Assembly (NCBI GenBank): GCA_039810425.1 | Contig: JBDHWW010000004.1 | Location: 32,001-96,000 of the forward strand | Reading direction: 5' to 3' | Origin: Pseudobdellovibrionaceae bacterium | GTDB lineage: Bacteria; Bdellovibrionota; Bdellovibrionia; Bdellovibrionales; Bdellovibrionaceae | Length of the DNA stretch: 64,000 nt | Part shown: piece by piece, positions 18,562 to 27,984 of the stretch | Numbering within the stretch: position 1 is the stretch's first letter | Layout: each line of letters starts with the position of its first letter | Made by a program: the position numbers and the translations under genes | Notes under the pieces: generated by a model | Told to the model about the DNA's origin: nothing | Database searches by the model: none | The model's input: only the letters and a program-made list of their open reading frames with translations

Positions 18562-19407
18562 ATGGATAGGAAGAAGATTTTAATAGGCGCGGGGACGGTT
18601 GCCGCTGTTGCGATTACTTATTTCGGGTTTGAGCAGATCATGTACGTCACAACCGACAATGCGCAAGTCGAAGCACCGGTGGTGATGCTGGCGGCAAAAG
18701 TGCCGGGCTATATTGTTGAAGTAAAAGTGGTTGAAGGCCAAAAAGTAAAAGCCGGCGATATCCTCGCCGAGATCGATAGCCGCGATTACCAAAATACCTT
18801 GAAGCAAGTCCAAAGCGAGCTTCTCAGTCTTGAGTCCCGCCGCAGAGATGCTGAACGTACCTATCAGCGTATTTCCGCGCTTTACAAACAGAGCGCGGTC
18901 AGCACTCAGCAATACGACACGGCGACGGCAAACTATTCAGAAGTAAAATCCAAGTACGAGGCGGTTTCCGCTCAGGTAGATCAGGCGAAATTGAACCTTG
19001 ATAATACCAAAATTAAAGCTCCGATGGACGGATCCATTGCCAAGAAATCCGTGGAAGTCGGCCAGTTGGCCGCGTCGGGCGTTCCGTTGATTGGTTTTGT
19101 GGGCGGTTCTGAGCGCTGGGTGATGGCGAATTTTAAAGAAACGGAAATCGGTTCTATCAAAGTTGGCAGTAGCGTCGATGTTGAGATTGATGCGATCGGC
19201 GGAAAAAGCTATCACGGCAGCATTTCCGCTTTAAGTGCGGCAACGGGTGCGACTTTCACGCTTTTACCCCCTGATAATGCGACTGGTAACTTCACGAAGG
19301 TAGTTCAGCGTGTACCGGTGAAAATCAAACTTGAGAATCTCGCGGACGCGGATCTGGAGCTATTGCGCGCCGGTCTTTCCGCTTACGTAAAAGTGAAAAA
19401 AAACTAG
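18562..19407 (+). CDS. HlyD/EmrA-family membrane fusion protein
   Basis: TTDNAQVE, lipoyl-like halves, LLPPDNATGNFTKVVQRVPVKI. Confidence 0.93.
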   Translation: MDRKKILIGAGTVAAVAITYFGFEQIMYVTTDNAQVEAPVVMLAAKVPGYIVEVKVVEGQKVKAGDILAEIDSRDYQNTLKQVQSELLSLESRRRDAERTYQRISALYKQSAVSTQQYDTATANYSEVKSKYEAVSAQVDQAKLNLDNTKIKAPMDGSIAKKSVEVGQLAASGVPLIGFVGGSERWVMANFKETEIGSIKVGSSVDVEIDAIGGKSYHGSISALSAATGATFTLLPPDNATGNFTKVVQRVPVKIKLENLADADLELLRAGLSAYVKVKKN

Positions 19408-19422
19408 CGCCCTAAGGATCTT

Positions 19423-20985
19423 ATGCATAAGCCGAATCCGCTGATTATATTTGTCGCGGTCTTAGCCTCATTGTTAGAAATCATCGATACTTCCATCGTG
19501 AACGTGGCTCTCACGACCATGATGGGGAATCTCGGCGCGACTCTCGAGGATATCAGTATGGTGATCACGGGCTACGCGATTGCCAACGCGATCGTATTGC
19601 CGGTCTCTGGCTGGTTCAGTGAACGTATCGGCCGCCGTAAATATTTTCTCGGTTGTATCACGGCCTTTACTTTGACCTCGGTAGCCTGTGGTCTTGCGCC
19701 TAACTTAACGACATTGATTGTCTTCCGTATCCTGCAAGGTCTCTTTGGCGGTGCTTTGTTACCAACGTCGCAGACTTTGATATATGAACAATTCCCGAAG
19801 GAAAAAGCGGGGATTGCCGGCGCCGTCTTCGGGATGAGCGTCATGGTCGGTCCGACTCTCGGCCCGGTTCTGGGCGGTTACCTGACGGACAGCTTCGGCT
19901 GGAGATCTATTTTCAATATCAATCTTCCGCTCGGAATCCTTGCCTTGGTGGTTGGTATGACTGTGATCTTTGACCGTGTTCCACAGGCGGGTGAAGTGGC
20001 AGTTGAAAAGCCAAAACTTGATTGGACGGGCTTTGCTTTGCTGGTTCTTGGGATCGGCTGTTTGCAATTCGTGCTTGAGCGCGGTGAAGCAGACGATTGG
20101 TTTTCTTCAACGGCGATTTTGCTCAACACTTTGATTGCCACGGTGTGCATTCCCGCATTTATCTGGTGGGAGTTGCGGGTAAAGAATCCGATTATCAATA
20201 TGCGCATGTTCAAAAATCCGCTCGTGCAAAATGGCGTGATGCTGATGGGTTGTTTGGGGTTCTTCCTTTATGCAGTTGTCTTTATCTTGCCGGTGTTCGT
20301 GGGGAGAGTATTTCATTACGATGCGACTCAGACGGGTGCTCTGTTTATTCCGGGCTCACTCTTAACCGCGATGATGATGCCGTTCATCGGCCGAATGATG
20401 ATGAAGGGTGTGAATCCAAAATACCTGATTGCGATTGGCTTTTTGTCACTGGAAGTCTGTTTGTGGATGATGTCAGGGCTGGCTCCGCAATCTTCGCGGG
20501 CGGAAGTCCTAAATCTTCTCTATGTGCGCGGTTTCGGGATGGCGTTCCTGTTCGTGCCGATCAACTCTTCGATCCTCAGTCAGTTTAAAGGTGCGGATCT
20601 GGGGCAGGTGTCAGGTTTGCTGAACCTCTTCCGTCAGATCGGCGGCAGTATCGGTGTTGCGATGGTGGGCACGATTCTGGCGAAGCACAACTATCAAAAC
20701 TACGCCGACATTTCGAATAAGATGTCGTTACTGAATCCGGCGGTGCAAGCGCAGTACTACAATACCGTGAATGGGATGAACAGTAAGATGTCCGACGGCG
20801 TCGGCTTTTACCATGGAACTGAGGCCGCGATTAAGAGTATCTGGGGCCGAGTGCAGAGCCAAGTTTTCATGATGAGCTTTTTGCAGCTTTGCTTTATTCT
20901 GATGTTCATCGTGGCTATCGGCTTCGTTCCTCTCTGGAGAATCCGCCTGAAAGAAGGCCCGACCGAAGTGATCGATGCTCACTAG
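19423..20985 (+). CDS. EmrB/QacA (DHA2) MFS efflux permease
   Basis: IDTSIVNVAL, GRRKYF, GPTLGPVLGGYL, WRSIFNINLPLG; many TM helices. Confidence 0.95.
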   Translation: MHKPNPLIIFVAVLASLLEIIDTSIVNVALTTMMGNLGATLEDISMVITGYAIANAIVLPVSGWFSERIGRRKYFLGCITAFTLTSVACGLAPNLTTLIVFRILQGLFGGALLPTSQTLIYEQFPKEKAGIAGAVFGMSVMVGPTLGPVLGGYLTDSFGWRSIFNINLPLGILALVVGMTVIFDRVPQAGEVAVEKPKLDWTGFALLVLGIGCLQFVLERGEADDWFSSTAILLNTLIATVCIPAFIWWELRVKNPIINMRMFKNPLVQNGVMLMGCLGFFLYAVVFILPVFVGRVFHYDATQTGALFIPGSLLTAMMMPFIGRMMMKGVNPKYLIAIGFLSLEVCLWMMSGLAPQSSRAEVLNLLYVRGFGMAFLFVPINSSILSQFKGADLGQVSGLLNLFRQIGGSIGVAMVGTILAKHNYQNYADISNKMSLLNPAVQAQYYNTVNGMNSKMSDGVGFYHGTEAAIKSIWGRVQSQVFMMSFLQLCFILMFIVAIGFVPLWRIRLKEGPTEVIDAH

Positions 20986-21216
20986 AAAACCCGGTATTTG
21001 AGCGGCGTTGTTTATGACGCCGCAGCCGCTCCTGCCGGCCCTTCCCATCCGCGACACTTGTCCTGGAAAAGCGCATCACAACGCGAGCTGCCTAAATTCT
21101 GATCGAAATTTTGAAAACTAGACGGTCCCTGTTTTATGCGGCCAGGAGCAGATTTTTTAATACAGAAAAACTTTTAGACGAAACCCCGTGATCCCGACTT
21201 TGGTTGAAAAAAGTCC

Positions 21217-21244
21217 TCAACTGCACCAAAAGTCCGGCCGAAAG
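21217..21244 (+). promoter_or_regulatory. Possible sigma28 promoter
   Basis: TCAA-N16-GCCGAAAG about 60 bp upstream of the ATG at 21305. Confidence 0.35.
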
Positions 21245-21304
21245 GATCTAAGTCGAGTGAAAACAGACAATCACCATCGTCGCCAAAGGAAACGGGAGGA
21301 ACAG

Positions 21305-22393
21305 ATGGGACCACGGAATAAGTTTTTGAAAAATGTCCTGAAGGCCGGGGTGCTTTGCTCAGCAGCAGGTATGATGATGGGTAATCAATCATGCCAGGAA
21401 GAAGCCGTTGCAACCCGCGAACTCAAGCGCATCGTTGAGATGGGTAAGATCACCGCTCCGTCTATCACATTGCCTCAGGGCGGAGCTTTCGACTTCCAAT
21501 ACGTCGCGAACCAACAAATCTACGCCGTGCTACAAAATAGCGATCACTTTGCTCTGAGATATGGAACTCCGGTAGTTCCTGTCACAACGAGCAGTATTGA
21601 GTCTAAAGCTCTCAATGTGTCACGCAATGACCAAGTGATGATGAAGGCCTCTGCTCTTAATAACGGGATCTCTGAGAAGCCCCAGTACTCTAAAGATGCA
21701 GAGTGCTTGATCAACTTGCCAAATGCGCGCATCGGCGGATCGGTGAATGCTTTCGAGATGATCGGTGGCGTGGGCGTGCAAATCGGTTTCAATGCGGCAG
21801 GTCCTTTGGATGTGTCCGGTTTGACGGGTTTGGGTTTTAATATCGAATGGGCTCAGTTGGATCTCAGCATGATGGCAACTCATCCGCTGACTGCGGGTCT
21901 TTTGTCAGCGGCGAACGTGACTTCAAAGCAAACGAAAACAAAAGTGAATTTTACTTTGAATGTTGGCTCGTTCTCGGTGGGTCCAAGCGCTTATTATCAA
22001 ACCCCGCTTGCAAAAGTTACCCAGACCGCTTTGACAACGGCGTCGAATAGCTTGTACGCCGGTTTAAAAGCGAAAGAAGAATGGTACTCTCGCGTATTGA
22101 TGGACCACGATACTCACTTGGTGATCCTCGGTGGTAACAACGTGGGTGCAAAAGTTGGTGACCAGTTCAATATTTACAACGAGATTTATTACTGGGAAGG
22201 CGATCCATGCAATTCGAAATACTACGGTGGCGTCGGCTCAAATCCAGTGGCAACAATTGAAATCGATTCAGTTGGAGATGAGATCTCCTTCGGCAAAGTG
22301 ATCAGCCAGACGGATGAAAATCCTGTCCTGGGCGCGAAGGTAAAAATCCTCAAATTGGCGCCAGACGCGACGGCAAAAACCGCGGCTAAATAG
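21305..22393 (+). CDS. Putative lipoprotein, CsgG/FlgT-like architecture
   Basis: GGGAGGA RBS; signal ending MGNQSC; C-terminal LGGNNVGAKVGDQFNIY...VATIEI...GAKVK resembles the FlgT C-terminal domain. Confidence 0.65.
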   Translation: MGPRNKFLKNVLKAGVLCSAAGMMMGNQSCQEEAVATRELKRIVEMGKITAPSITLPQGGAFDFQYVANQQIYAVLQNSDHFALRYGTPVVPVTTSSIESKALNVSRNDQVMMKASALNNGISEKPQYSKDAECLINLPNARIGGSVNAFEMIGGVGVQIGFNAAGPLDVSGLTGLGFNIEWAQLDLSMMATHPLTAGLLSAANVTSKQTKTKVNFTLNVGSFSVGPSAYYQTPLAKVTQTALTTASNSLYAGLKAKEEWYSRVLMDHDTHLVILGGNNVGAKVGDQFNIYNEIYYWEGDPCNSKYYGGVGSNPVATIEIDSVGDEISFGKVISQTDENPVLGAKVKILKLAPDATAKTAAK

Positions 22394-22465
22394 TCCAATG
22401 AACGCTGAATCACACTGAGAGTGGAAAAAAGCACAAAAAAGGGGCCTTAAAAGGCCCCCGTTGCC

Positions 22466-22494
22466 TTGCCAAGTCCCCGTAAAGAGTGTAGTTT
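22466..22494 (+). promoter_or_regulatory. Putative sigma70 promoter of the rib operon
   Basis: TTGCCA-N17-TAGTTT. Confidence 0.4.
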
Positions 22495-22518
22495 CCGGCC
22501 CATTAAAAGGGGCCTTTT

Positions 22519-23121
22519 ATGTTTTCAGGGATTGTCGAGGCTGTCAGCGAAATTCAAAGCTCGCAGGAACTCATAAATGCTTACCGCATTCAGGTCAAAA
22601 CACCCGCGCATTTCAATGATCTTCATTTAGGCGATAGCATCGCTGTTGATGGTGTTTGTTTGACGGTGGAGGCTTTTAACGAAAAGCAAATGACCTTTGC
22701 ACTCGCCGCTGAAACCATCCGTGTTCTGAACTGGAATCCAACGAGCTGGGTCGGCAAACAAGTGAATCTTGAAAGATCCTTGCGCTTTGGTGACCGGATT
22801 CACGGCCACCTTGTCACCGGTCACGTCGATAGCCTCGCGGAAGTGACTCGTGCGGAATTACTGGGCGAGTCTTTTTCCCTTGATGTGAAAGTGGCGTCAT
22901 CAGTTCTGCCGTATGTTTGGAAAAAGGGCAGTATTACCATCAATGGCGTGAGCCTCACGGTGAATGAACTCAAAGGCTCCGTGGTGGAAGTTTGTCTCAT
23001 CCCGGAAACTTTAAAGCGTACAAACTTAGGCGCACTCAAGGTAGGTCAGGTCGCAAATATCGAGCCGGACTATATGGCCCGTGCGGTTGTTGCCGCGACC
23101 AGAAATGTGGAGGCACCGTGA
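22519..23121 (+). CDS. ribE: Riboflavin synthase (alpha chain)
   Basis: MFSGIVE start, GDSIAVDGVCLTV, GHLVTGHVD, KGSITINGVSLTV. Confidence 0.97.
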   Translation: MFSGIVEAVSEIQSSQELINAYRIQVKTPAHFNDLHLGDSIAVDGVCLTVEAFNEKQMTFALAAETIRVLNWNPTSWVGKQVNLERSLRFGDRIHGHLVTGHVDSLAEVTRAELLGESFSLDVKVASSVLPYVWKKGSITINGVSLTVNELKGSVVEVCLIPETLKRTNLGALKVGQVANIEPDYMARAVVAATRNVEAP

Positions 23122-23768
23122 GTTTAGATTTGGGTTTCAATTCTATCGCCGAGCTGATCGAAGACATTCGCGCCGGCAAGATGGTGATCCTGGTTGATGA
23201 TGAAGGTCGTGAAAATGAAGGCGATCTGGTCTTGGCCGCAGATCACGTGACTCCCGAAGCAATCAACTTCATGGCACGCGAAGCTCGCGGCCTCATTTGC
23301 CTGCCGTTGAGTGCGCGGCAAGTGGAACGCTTGCAGCTCCCGCAAATGGTTCCTGAAGATAGAAATCATTCTTCCAACAAAACAGCCTTCACGGTCAGTA
23401 TCGAAGCCGCTGAAGGTGTCACCACAGGAATTTCCGCCGCGGACCGCACACACACGATCCGCGTGGCTTCCAATCCCAACGCGAAAGCTGCCGACGTTCA
23501 TATGCCGGGTCATATTTTTCCGATCCGGGCAAAAGACGGAGGTGTCTTGAGTCGCCCTGGACACACGGAAGGCAGTGTGGATCTCGCGACGCTTGCGGGT
23601 TTGAATCCGGCGGCGGTCATTTGCGAAGTCATCAACGATGATGGCACAATGGCGCGCGTTCCAGATCTCAAAAAATTTGCACAGAAGCATCATCTTAAGA
23701 TCGGCATGATTGTCGATTTGATTCAATTCCGCCTCTCCCAGGAGACCGGCAAACAACTTGTTCAATAA
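23118..23768 (+). CDS. ribB: 3,4-dihydroxy-2-butanone-4-phosphate synthase (stand-alone, no GTP cyclohydrolase II domain)
   Basis: GTG start after GGAGG; DDEGRENEGDL, TTGISAADR, PGHIFP, GHTEG. Confidence 0.95.
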   Translation: MSLDLGFNSIAELIEDIRAGKMVILVDDEGRENEGDLVLAADHVTPEAINFMAREARGLICLPLSARQVERLQLPQMVPEDRNHSSNKTAFTVSIEAAEGVTTGISAADRTHTIRVASNPNAKAADVHMPGHIFPIRAKDGGVLSRPGHTEGSVDLATLAGLNPAAVICEVINDDGTMARVPDLKKFAQKHHLKIGMIVDLIQFRLSQETGKQLVQ

Positions 23769-23778
23769 AAGGATCGGC

Positions 23779-24333
23779 ATGACACAATTCAAAGTCGGAG
23801 TCGTTACTGCTCGTTTCAACGATGAGGTCACAGGCAAATTGGAAGAAGGAGCCCTCGCCTACCTTGAAGGCACAGGTCTTGAGGTTTTGGCGGTGAAAGT
23901 TCCCGGCGCGGTCGAGATTCCGCTGGCATGTAAAGCATTGTTCGATGCGGGTTGCACAGGTGTTGTTGCGTTGGGAGCGGTCATCCGTGGTGAGACCTCT
24001 CACTATGACTATGTTTGCAATAGCGTTGAGCGCGGTGTGACAGCACTGATGCTGGAATACAACAGACCGATTGGCTTTGGCGTCCTTACCACAGAAAATG
24101 AAGAGCAAGCGATGGATCGCGCCGGTGGTAAACACGGCAACAAAGGCGCGGAGGCGGCTCAAGTTGTTTTGGAGATGATGGGTCTTTTGACTGAGCTCGG
24201 CAAAGAAGCCGCAACGAAGTCTGCATCAAGCCAGGCAGCAAAGCCGGCACTCAAGAGTCGTACAAAAGCCAAATTGGCCAAACAGGCAAAGAGGGCCGTA
24301 AAAAAGCCTACCAAGAAAACAAAAAAGAAATAA
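23779..24333 (+). CDS. ribH: 6,7-dimethyl-8-ribityllumazine synthase with Lys-rich C-terminal extension
   Basis: VVTARFN, VPGAVEIP, LGAVIRGETSHYDYV, RAGGKHGNKG. Confidence 0.95.
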   Translation: MTQFKVGVVTARFNDEVTGKLEEGALAYLEGTGLEVLAVKVPGAVEIPLACKALFDAGCTGVVALGAVIRGETSHYDYVCNSVERGVTALMLEYNRPIGFGVLTTENEEQAMDRAGGKHGNKGAEAAQVVLEMMGLLTELGKEAATKSASSQAAKPALKSRTKAKLAKQAKRAVKKPTKKTKKK

Positions 24334-24343
24334 ACTTACTTAA

Positions 24344-26614
24344 ATGGCAGACAATAAAAAACCGGTCGAAATAGACAGCGAGATCCGCGAAGCCAAAGTC
24401 GTGGATCTTTCTCCAAAGATGGAGTTCCGCAAGCGGCGCCGTGAGCTTATTACCATCGCGCTGTTGTCTTTGCTCGTCTTCTTTCTGACCTGGTTTGAAA
24501 TTCGTATTCTTGCGACCAGCAAGCAGCTGCCCTTTGTTCACAGTATCTTCTTCTTCGGGCTTGTTAATTTCAACATCATCCTGTTGTTGCTTTTGATCTT
24601 CCTGATTTTTCGTAACGTCGTAAAAGTGTTCGTTGAGCGACGGGGTAAGATCTTTGGTAGTAGTTTGAAAGCGAAACTGATCGCCGCTTTTGTGGCCTTT
24701 AGTACCATTCCGACGTTGTTGATGTTCGTCATCTCGGTGTTTTATATCAACTCGAGCTTCGATAAGTGGTTCAGCGTAAAAATGGTGGGTGTCCTCAAAA
24801 GCTCGCTCGAGGTGACTAACGCATATTATGCGGGGACAAAGACCAAAAACTATCACTTTGCTCACCAGATCGCGAACCGGGTTCAAAAAGAACGCAGCTC
24901 GGCGGCAATTCAAAAGACCATCAATCAGCTTCGTAAAGAATATGCCTTGGATTCAGCGGAGTACTATCCGTCGCTGTTCCAAGGCCGTGTGTCTTCGTTC
25001 TCTGAAGACGATAACATCCCGCCTATTCCACCGGTCTCTCTTGAGTTCTTACAAAAGGGGGTTAAGGCCCACCGCGAGTGGAGTACCATTCATCAATTCG
25101 GCGAGGGAAACCTCGTGCGTGTCATCGTGCCGGTAAAAGAGGGCGAGGACCGCGGCGCCATTGTCGTTTCAAGTTTCGTTCCACTCTCGTTGATCTCGCG
25201 TATGAATGATGTGGGGACCGCCTACGAAGAATTCCGTGACATCAATCCGCTCGAATATCCGCTGAAGTCAATTTACCTGATCATCTTGTTCCTGATCACG
25301 TTTGTGATTCTGCTGGCGGCAACATGGTTCGGTTTCTATCTCGCTCGCCAACTGGCGGTGCCGCTGGTGCAACTTGGTAAGGCAACCTTGCGCGTTGCCG
25401 GCGGGGATTATTCGCAGAAAATCGAAACCAGTTCCGGCAGTGAAGAGATCTCGCTCTTGATTACATCCTTCAATAAAATGACCGAGACTCTGGCGACGTC
25501 CGAACGCGAACTGCAAAATACCTTGGAGGACTTGGATCAGCACAATCGCTATATCGAGGTCGTGCTTGGGAATGTCAGTACCGGTGTGATTTCCGTGGGC
25601 CAAAACGGTCAAGTCACAACCATCAATCGTCACGCGGCTGATTTGCTTAAGATTGATCCAGCGAAATATGTGGGCCGCCCAGTGCGCGAGCTGCTGACTC
25701 TTGAGTACTTCCGCACCTTCTCCGAGTTGTTAAAGACCATGCAGGATCACAAGACTGAAAACATCTCGAAAGAGTTCCATGTGAATGTTCAAGGCCAATC
25801 GATCCCACTGCAAATGAATCTATCGATCCTGAAAGACGAACGTGGCCAAGAGGTCGGTATGATTCTTGTATTCGACGACATGAGTCCTATCGTAAATGCA
25901 CAGCGTGCGGCGGCATGGACGGAAGTGGCCCGCCGTATCGCGCACGAAATTAAGAATCCTTTGACGCCGATCAAGCTTTCTGCGGAACGTTTGCAGCGCA
26001 AATTCGGCGCGCAAGTAACAGATCCGGCATTTAGTGAATGCACTAATATGATCATTCACCAAGTGGATGATCTCAAAAAAATGGTGAACGAGTTCAGTCA
26101 GTTTGCGCGTTTGCCACAAAGCAAGCCGGTCACCGGGACGCTCAACAAGGTCATCGAAGAGTCTCTGATGGTCTTCCGTCAGGCGCATCCAAACGTGAAG
26201 TTCGATTTCCAGGAGGATCCGAATTTGCCGGAATTCAAATTCGACCCCGATCAGATACGTCGTGTGTTCGTGAACTTGATCGACAACTCCGTGGCGGCCC
26301 TTAGTAAAGAGGCAGTGCCCGTGATCACCATCACCACTCGCTACGACAGTGACCTTAAAATTGTCCGCCTGACAGTGGCCGACAATGGTGAGGGGATCCC
26401 GGCGGTGGAGCGCAACCGCATTTTCGAGCCTTATTATAGCACAAAAGAAGGAGGCACCGGTCTCGGCCTTCCGATTGTGAAACGAATTATTGAAGACCAC
26501 AATGGTTTCATTCGCGCGACTGCAAATGAGCCCAAAGGAACTAAAATGCTGATGGAACTTCCAGTAAACGTCGTTGACGCCTGGAGCCCGTCAAAGGCAG
26601 GGAATAAAGTATGA
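24344..26614 (+). CDS. NtrY-like sensor histidine kinase (TM, HAMP, PAS, HisKA, HATPase)
   Basis: AAWTEVARRIAHEIKNPLTPIKLSAERL H-box typical of NtrY; N and G boxes. Confidence 0.9.
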   Translation: MADNKKPVEIDSEIREAKVVDLSPKMEFRKRRRELITIALLSLLVFFLTWFEIRILATSKQLPFVHSIFFFGLVNFNIILLLLLIFLIFRNVVKVFVERRGKIFGSSLKAKLIAAFVAFSTIPTLLMFVISVFYINSSFDKWFSVKMVGVLKSSLEVTNAYYAGTKTKNYHFAHQIANRVQKERSSAAIQKTINQLRKEYALDSAEYYPSLFQGRVSSFSEDDNIPPIPPVSLEFLQKGVKAHREWSTIHQFGEGNLVRVIVPVKEGEDRGAIVVSSFVPLSLISRMNDVGTAYEEFRDINPLEYPLKSIYLIILFLITFVILLAATWFGFYLARQLAVPLVQLGKATLRVAGGDYSQKIETSSGSEEISLLITSFNKMTETLATSERELQNTLEDLDQHNRYIEVVLGNVSTGVISVGQNGQVTTINRHAADLLKIDPAKYVGRPVRELLTLEYFRTFSELLKTMQDHKTENISKEFHVNVQGQSIPLQMNLSILKDERGQEVGMILVFDDMSPIVNAQRAAAWTEVARRIAHEIKNPLTPIKLSAERLQRKFGAQVTDPAFSECTNMIIHQVDDLKKMVNEFSQFARLPQSKPVTGTLNKVIEESLMVFRQAHPNVKFDFQEDPNLPEFKFDPDQIRRVFVNLIDNSVAALSKEAVPVITITTRYDSDLKIVRLTVADNGEGIPAVERNRIFEPYYSTKEGGTGLGLPIVKRIIEDHNGFIRATANEPKGTKMLMELPVNVVDAWSPSKAGNKV

Positions 26615-27984
26615 GTGAAAACAAGAAATACAAAATTCTGATTATCGACGACGAAGCGCCCATCCGCGAGGTTTTGGGTGCGACCCTCAAAGATGAAGGC
26701 TACACAGTTTCCAGCGCCCAAGACGGCGTTTCGGGTCTTCATGCGATCCGCCAATTCAATCCTGACATCGTCTTTCTCGATATCTGGATGCCGGGCGAAC
26801 TCGATGGGATCCAGGTTTTGAACCAAGCCCGCAAAGAATTCCCCTTAGTGGACTTCGTGATGATCTCCGGTCACGGTACGATCGAAACGGCGGTAAAGGC
26901 AACGAAGTTGGGGGCTTACGACTTCATCGAGAAGCCGCTCTCAATGGACAAGATCACAATCATTATCTCGAATATCTTGAACTACCAAGCTGAGCGTGAA
27001 GAGAAGGTTCTTCTCTTGAACAAACTCCGTAAGAGCATCGCTCTGATCGGTGAAGCTCCGGCGATCATGGCGACAAAGCAAATCATCGCGAAGATGGCGC
27101 CAACGCAGTCGTGGATTCTCGTTGGGGGCGAAACGGGCGTGGGTAAGGCGTTGGCCTCGCAAAACATTCACTATCTCAGCACGCGCGCGGGCAAAGCCTT
27201 TGTTGATGTGAACTGCGGGACAATTCCTGAAGACCTTCTCGAGAGCGAAATCTTCGGTATCGAAAAGGGTGCGATGCCCGGTGTGGAAAAAGTTAAAAAG
27301 GGAAAGCTCGATCTCGCTCAAGGCGGCACGCTGTTCTTGAACGAAGTGGCGGTTTTGACTCCGGAGGTTCAGCACCGCCTCGTGAAATTCTACGAGACCA
27401 AAGCATATTACCGTGTTGGTGGCTCTGAAGAAATCCGTGGCGACGTTCGGATTATCGCAACGACAACGAAAGATCTTGAGAAGATGGTTAAAGAGGGCCG
27501 CTTCAGTGAGGATCTTTATTACAAGCTCAACATCATCCCATTCCGCATGCCGACGCTGCGCGAACGTCCGGAAGACATTCCAGTTTTGACGTCTTATTTC
27601 AGCGATCACGTCGCACGCGAAGGTGGCTATCTGAAGAAAGCCTTTTCTGAGCAAGCGATGGAAGCCATGATGAAGTACGAATGGCCGGGTAACGTGCGCG
27701 AGTTGAAGAACTTTATTGAGCGTGTGTACATCTTGACTCCGGGTGAGTTCGTCGATTTGCATGACGTTCGCTTCGCGGGGCTTGTGGGCGGCAAAGAGGA
27801 CGATAAAATGAGCATGGACGCGATGTCGACCTTCCGTGAAGCGCGTGCGCGTTTCGAAAAAGAATATCTTCTGAAGAAAATTGCCGAAAACGGCGGCAAT
27901 ATCAGTAAAACAGCTGAAGTTATTGGACTTGAAAGAAGTTATTTACATCGTAAGATTAAGTCCTACGGCATCGAGGTATCATAA
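26611..27984 (+). CDS. NtrX-like response regulator (receiver, degenerate AAA+, Fis HTH)
   Basis: LDIWMP receiver, ISGHGTIETAVKA, LERSYLHRKIK HTH; GAFTGA replaced by GAMPGV. Confidence 0.9.
   Translation: MSENKKYKILIIDDEAPIREVLGATLKDEGYTVSSAQDGVSGLHAIRQFNPDIVFLDIWMPGELDGIQVLNQARKEFPLVDFVMISGHGTIETAVKATKLGAYDFIEKPLSMDKITIIISNILNYQAEREEKVLLLNKLRKSIALIGEAPAIMATKQIIAKMAPTQSWILVGGETGVGKALASQNIHYLSTRAGKAFVDVNCGTIPEDLLESEIFGIEKGAMPGVEKVKKGKLDLAQGGTLFLNEVAVLTPEVQHRLVKFYETKAYYRVGGSEEIRGDVRIIATTTKDLEKMVKEGRFSEDLYYKLNIIPFRMPTLRERPEDIPVLTSYFSDHVAREGGYLKKAFSEQAMEAMMKYEWPGNVRELKNFIERVYILTPGEFVDLHDVRFAGLVGGKEDDKMSMDAMSTFREARARFEKEYLLKKIAENGGNISKTAEVIGLERSYLHRKIKSYGIEVS

Noticed and set aside
21095..21182. 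Recurring TAGACG hexamers (also near 1964 and 42113)
   Set aside because: Too short and too few to separate from chance without genome-wide statistics
22394..22518. FMN riboswitch before the rib genes
   Set aside because: No RFN consensus; the predicted promoter leaves only a ~20-nt leader
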